Of a stretch of DNA of 64,000 nt, positions 59,811-64,000 are shown piece after piece. Source of the stretch: Podarcis pityusensis (taxonomy: Eukaryota). The DNA lies in assembly GCA_964106645.2 (NCBI GenBank), contig OZ067049.1, one strand, 5' to 3'. The notes beneath the pieces are model-generated. The model saw nothing but the letters and a program-made list of their open reading frames with translations, made no database searches and was not told where the DNA came from. A program made the translations under genes and the position numbers. Every line of letters starts with the position of its first letter. The stretch's first letter is position 1.

Positions 59811-62769
59811 CATTGTTATTATCATTGGCACTCTATTACGAGTATATGTTATGCAGACACGACTGCTTAAGGATTTATATGCATCCTGCAAAATGCAAGT
59901 AGAAGTTAATTCATGGTAATATAATCACGCGAGAGAGTGGGGATTTGAGAGTTACTGACCTCCGACCACAATGAAGGGAGTAAACTTGTCTTTGTAAACA
60001 AAAGCAAAAGCAAGGAAAAACAAAACAAAACAAAAAACCCACCACACCCAAACCTCTGTCTGTTTGTTTGATGCACGCTTGACAGGTATTTATGAACTAT
60101 TGTGCGAGCGGTTGGGGCTTGCAACATTGTTTTCGCTGCAGTGCTACCAGGATGGAATTCTAAATCGTGCATTGTTTGGAGAGACTCCCAGTCCCTTGTA
60201 TGTAGGAAGGAACAGATCTGTCAGTTCGCTTGCCTGTCCCCCAGTCTGCCCTGCCCTGGCCCTTTTCGCTGAGAATGGCATGCGACAGAGGGGACTCTTG
60301 TCACCGGACAATATTTCAGCGAATTCTCTTAATTGTAACCAATAAAGGGCTCCTTTCCTCTCCAACCCCAGCCTCCTTCTCCTCCTGGATGGTCTTTTCC
60401 GCATTCCTCCTCATGGCCAAAGGCAAATATTTATTCCTGGCATATTTTCATATCCCCACCCACCACCCCGCTTTCCAGGCTTCAGCCGTTAGGAAAAATG
60501 TAGGCTTCGAAATCTTTCCATTATTTGGCAGGGAGGGGAGGGGAGGGGGAGCTTCCCTTCGCCTTCCCTTTCCTTTTGGGGAATCTCATTCTTTCAAAAC
60601 GCCTTGCAGCGGAGCCAAAACACAGCACACTCAGCCTTCCCCAACTCATTCAATTCATTAACCTACCCCAGCAAAAGGCTAACAGGGCAGCGCTCTTTTA
60701 GGGAGGGAGGGGAGACACGACTAGAGGCCAAGGTCAAGTTGAAAGCGGCAACCTAGCCAATGCCAGGATGGTCATTCAGAGCCGGAGGAGACTTGTCTGA
60801 TTTGCTACAAAGAAGAAGAAGAGGGGGGCAGCCAATTACTCCTTTCCAACCCCCCCCCCGTGTGTGTCCTTTTCGGCCTTTCTGTCTGTCACTTTCCAGA
60901 CAAACCCTTCCCTCTTCTGGTTACGGAGAACTTTGTGTGCAACTGTGGCTCTTTGAGGGTGAAGCACGATGCTAAACAAAAAAACAAACAAGCAAATAAA
61001 TCAAAAGATGTACCAGTAGAGGTGGGGATCCTATATGCTGTTCGTTTGTTTCCTTGCTTGGCTTTGACCAGTTCTGATGATAAAAAAACAAAAACACAGG
61101 GTGTGTGTGTGTGAGAGAGAGATGAGGCTATATTCACATCATTGCTCTAGCTCCCAAGAAAGGCCGAGTTTTGCTGGACATTGATCAGAACAGAAGCTTC
61201 TTCAAACTCAGCCTGACCTGCTGCGCGCATGAAAGAATGAGCATTTCTAGGGGCGTCTCCATTTGTCTGGTTCAGAAATAGATTTCTAAGGAATAAAAAC
61301 ATGGGGCGGTTACCGCCGTCGGTCCAATGTACAGTTTTTTGCTTCTCCGGTCACTGGGATCAAGAGAAGCTTCCAAAGAGTTCAGCTGGAGGTCCACACT
61401 GAAAGCCAACAGATAGGTGTTAGAGAAAGAAGCATGCACAAAAAAGCGAGGTTGGATGTGGACGCTGCTTTTTGCCTGGTCTAAAAACTACCTGGCGATG
61501 AGCCGAGCAAACAGGAAAACCGTAGGGCTTGACCATGAATATTAGACGAGTGCGTATAATACGGGCGAAATCTGTTCTCTACTGGAGGAGGTTAAAATAA
61601 AGTAAGATAAAAAATGTAAAACCTCTTTGCTTTCCTAAATGCAAGTAGAGCGACTGGTCTAGGTAGCCAAAATGAAGCTTTTGGTGGTTTGACGTGTGTT
61701 TGTAGGTTTTAAATTGATCTGTTCACTTCAAAGATCGTGTAATCGCTTCTGTGTATGTGTAGCAAAAGGGACAAGAGTCCACGTAAAAACTCTTGCAGAA
61801 TTCCGCCATCCCGCTTTTGTTGATTTGTCTGTGACAACCCCAAGAAAGACCCGCCATAGCAGACGGACCCACACCTATGGCGTGTGGGTCCTCTCCGCTT
61901 TTGCGGTGTGTATATAGGTGTGTGTATAGGATTGCGGACACCAGGGATAATAGAAAGTTTGGGTGCTCTGTTCTCTGATGATGGGTCTTCCTTCCGCAGG
62001 AGGTAGAAACCCAAACTGTACTCCCTTCCTAGTAGGCGGGGTTCTTCCACTCCTGTGGAATGCTTAATCAAAATTACGAGATGGTCGCGACATCGCCCTC
62101 AACCTGCGGCCTAACGGATTATTCCTTATGCGCCATATAACTGCTAATGACGACGGTCTTCTAAGATCGCCGCATGAAGTAGGAGTGACCCTTCCAGTTG
62201 TACTGAGAACTGCGGCCTTTTAAATAATGAATTTGGACTCCATTCTTTAACCGGACCAGAAATTCAGCTGAACACAATGGAAATTGGCCGCTGAATGACG
62301 CTTGAGAGGCATTGACCTCACAGAACGATATCTGGTGGAAGAAGAGAGGGGCACTTCTAATGTAAAACCAAACCCTTGGAACGCATTAGAAAAGAAAACA
62401 AGGAATGATGTGGTTGTATTTATTCAGGAGAACCCGAGATGGTTAAAAGTGTTGAGAGAAAAATGTCATCCCCCTTTGCAACCTCTGTTTATGTATTAAT
62501 GGAAGGAGGTTTGCAACCGTGAGTGGATGAGCGTAAGAGGCGTCTCTCTTCTCCCTGTGGCTCCAGAGCATTCCTCAATGGCAAATACATTTTTCGCAGA
62601 CTTAGGTCGGGGTGAAGACAAAGTTCATAGAAAAACGAAAAAGCTGGCATTCTTGCCCCGCCCCGTCTCTCCCCTCCTCAATAGATGCTACCACTTAGAA
62701 AATACTTTAACATTATATAAAAGCACTGCTAGGGAAATCCTTCCTTAACACCAAAACAAAACACCCAAA

Positions 62770-62935
62770 GAACCCATGGAATCAACTGTGTTCCATGAAA
62801 TCAGAGGGGGCTCCCTTCCAAATGTGTCTGCAGTGGAGTTCAGTGTTTGGCCCTGATTCACTTCAGACCCACTGAAATCAACAATACTTGAGTTAGCCAG
62901 CAACTAACTTGAATTATTGATTTCAATGGGACAGG
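62770..62935. mobile_element. Hairpin MITE-like elements upstream of HOXA13
   Basis: cccactgaaatcaa...agttagccagcaactaact...ttgatttcaatggg nested inverted repeats. Confidence 0.6.
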
Positions 62936-64000
62936 CCGGAGGAAGAGTGCTACCCAGCTCCATTATTGTTTTGAAAATGGAGCTTTGCCATTTACTTCAG
63001 GAGAAAGAGAATACACCCAACATTTCTCTGGATTGTGAAATTTCACTGATTGTAATAGTGGCGTAACTCAGGTCCACTTTAATTAATGTGGCCCTTGCTA
63101 CCTAATGTCTACATTACTACTACTATTAGTAGTATGAGTATGAGGAGTAGTAGTAAAAGCAGCAGCAGACATAGTAGTAGTCATAGAAGTATACTGAATG
63201 GTGTCCAGTATTTTTATTAAACACAAATATTGCTTTTGGTCTAATCCATGGAAGGATGTTGATTTCTAATAACTCAGTTTCCAGGAGTGAAGAAAACCTT
63301 TAAAAGATGATGGTGGAAGTCTTTTAATCGGATTTGATTTTCATGAGCAAATGCAATTTACCTGCCATCATATTATTTTGGAGGAAAACTGTCAAGGCCT
63401 CTTCCTCCTCCTCCCATCATTTTCTCTGAAAACATTCCTGAGCCAGTTTTAAGGACACTTTGCATTCAAGGATATTCATGTGTTTCTAATGTAATTAAAC
63501 AGCTTTACGAGCAGCATTTGCTGGACATCCTAACTCCCTCCCTCCCACTGAGTGCTCTTTTCCCCCCTTGGAGATAATTGGGAAATAAGAAAGATTTTCA
63601 AAAGCAAATGCTAAAGGGGGAGAAACGTTCAGGAAGACTTGTGCAGAGATTACACACAGAGAAAGTGCATTCCTGTTTAAAATCAGGGTAGGTAGATTAC
63701 AACACACACAGAGAGAGGAGTGCAAAATTTTATTTCATCTAGTGTGTTTTTTCTCTCCCTCTCAGTGATTTAAAAACCGGCCATTTTCTGAAACCTCTAT
63801 TTAGAACACAAGAGAGATTTAAAACGTCCAGGAAACATAAAACGAATCAAAGTCAGACTTGGGATGACTCAGTGCCTATTGTTTGAGTACAGTATATATT
63901 TACAGTATACACTTCTGTCAAACCTTTTATCGTTTTCCCACAATTTCTAATGGATCCTCTGAGGAATTTGAGAATTTAAGAACTGGCGGCTGCGACGGTG

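Noticed and set aside
59000-64000. HOTTIP lncRNA or EVX1
   Set aside because: lncRNA exons cannot be recognised from sequence alone, and no EVX homeobox lies within the window.

Overview
Eukaryotic (vertebrate) genomic DNA: the 5' (posterior) half of an amniote HoxA cluster. All genes lie on the minus strand in the order HOXA7, HOXA9, mir-196, HOXA10, HOXA11, HOXA13. Each gene has two exons and a GT-AG phase-1 intron that I could place by eye, giving intact proteins of about 230, 261, 412, 335 and 319 aa. The interspersed repeats point to a squamate reptile, possibly a lacertid lizard (inference). They include many short palindromic MITE-like elements and an L2/CR1-type 3' stem-loop with an (ATT)n tail. 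Most notable: (1) every HoxA gene has a uORF close to or overlapping its start codon, including a TAATG/ATGA stop-start chain at HOXA7 and an ATGA overlap at HOXA13; (2) NR6A1/GCNF-type DR0 motifs cluster around HOXA11-HOXA13; (3) the 173-nt HOXA9T exitron is retained; (4) HOXA10 has ASW instead of ANW; (5) a chimeric 173-bp tandem triplication carries homeodomain-type motifs; (6) hairpin MITEs have invaded introns and intergenic spacers, often in tandem arrays. All calls were made by eye without database searches. Comparisons with other species are from memory and need checking.
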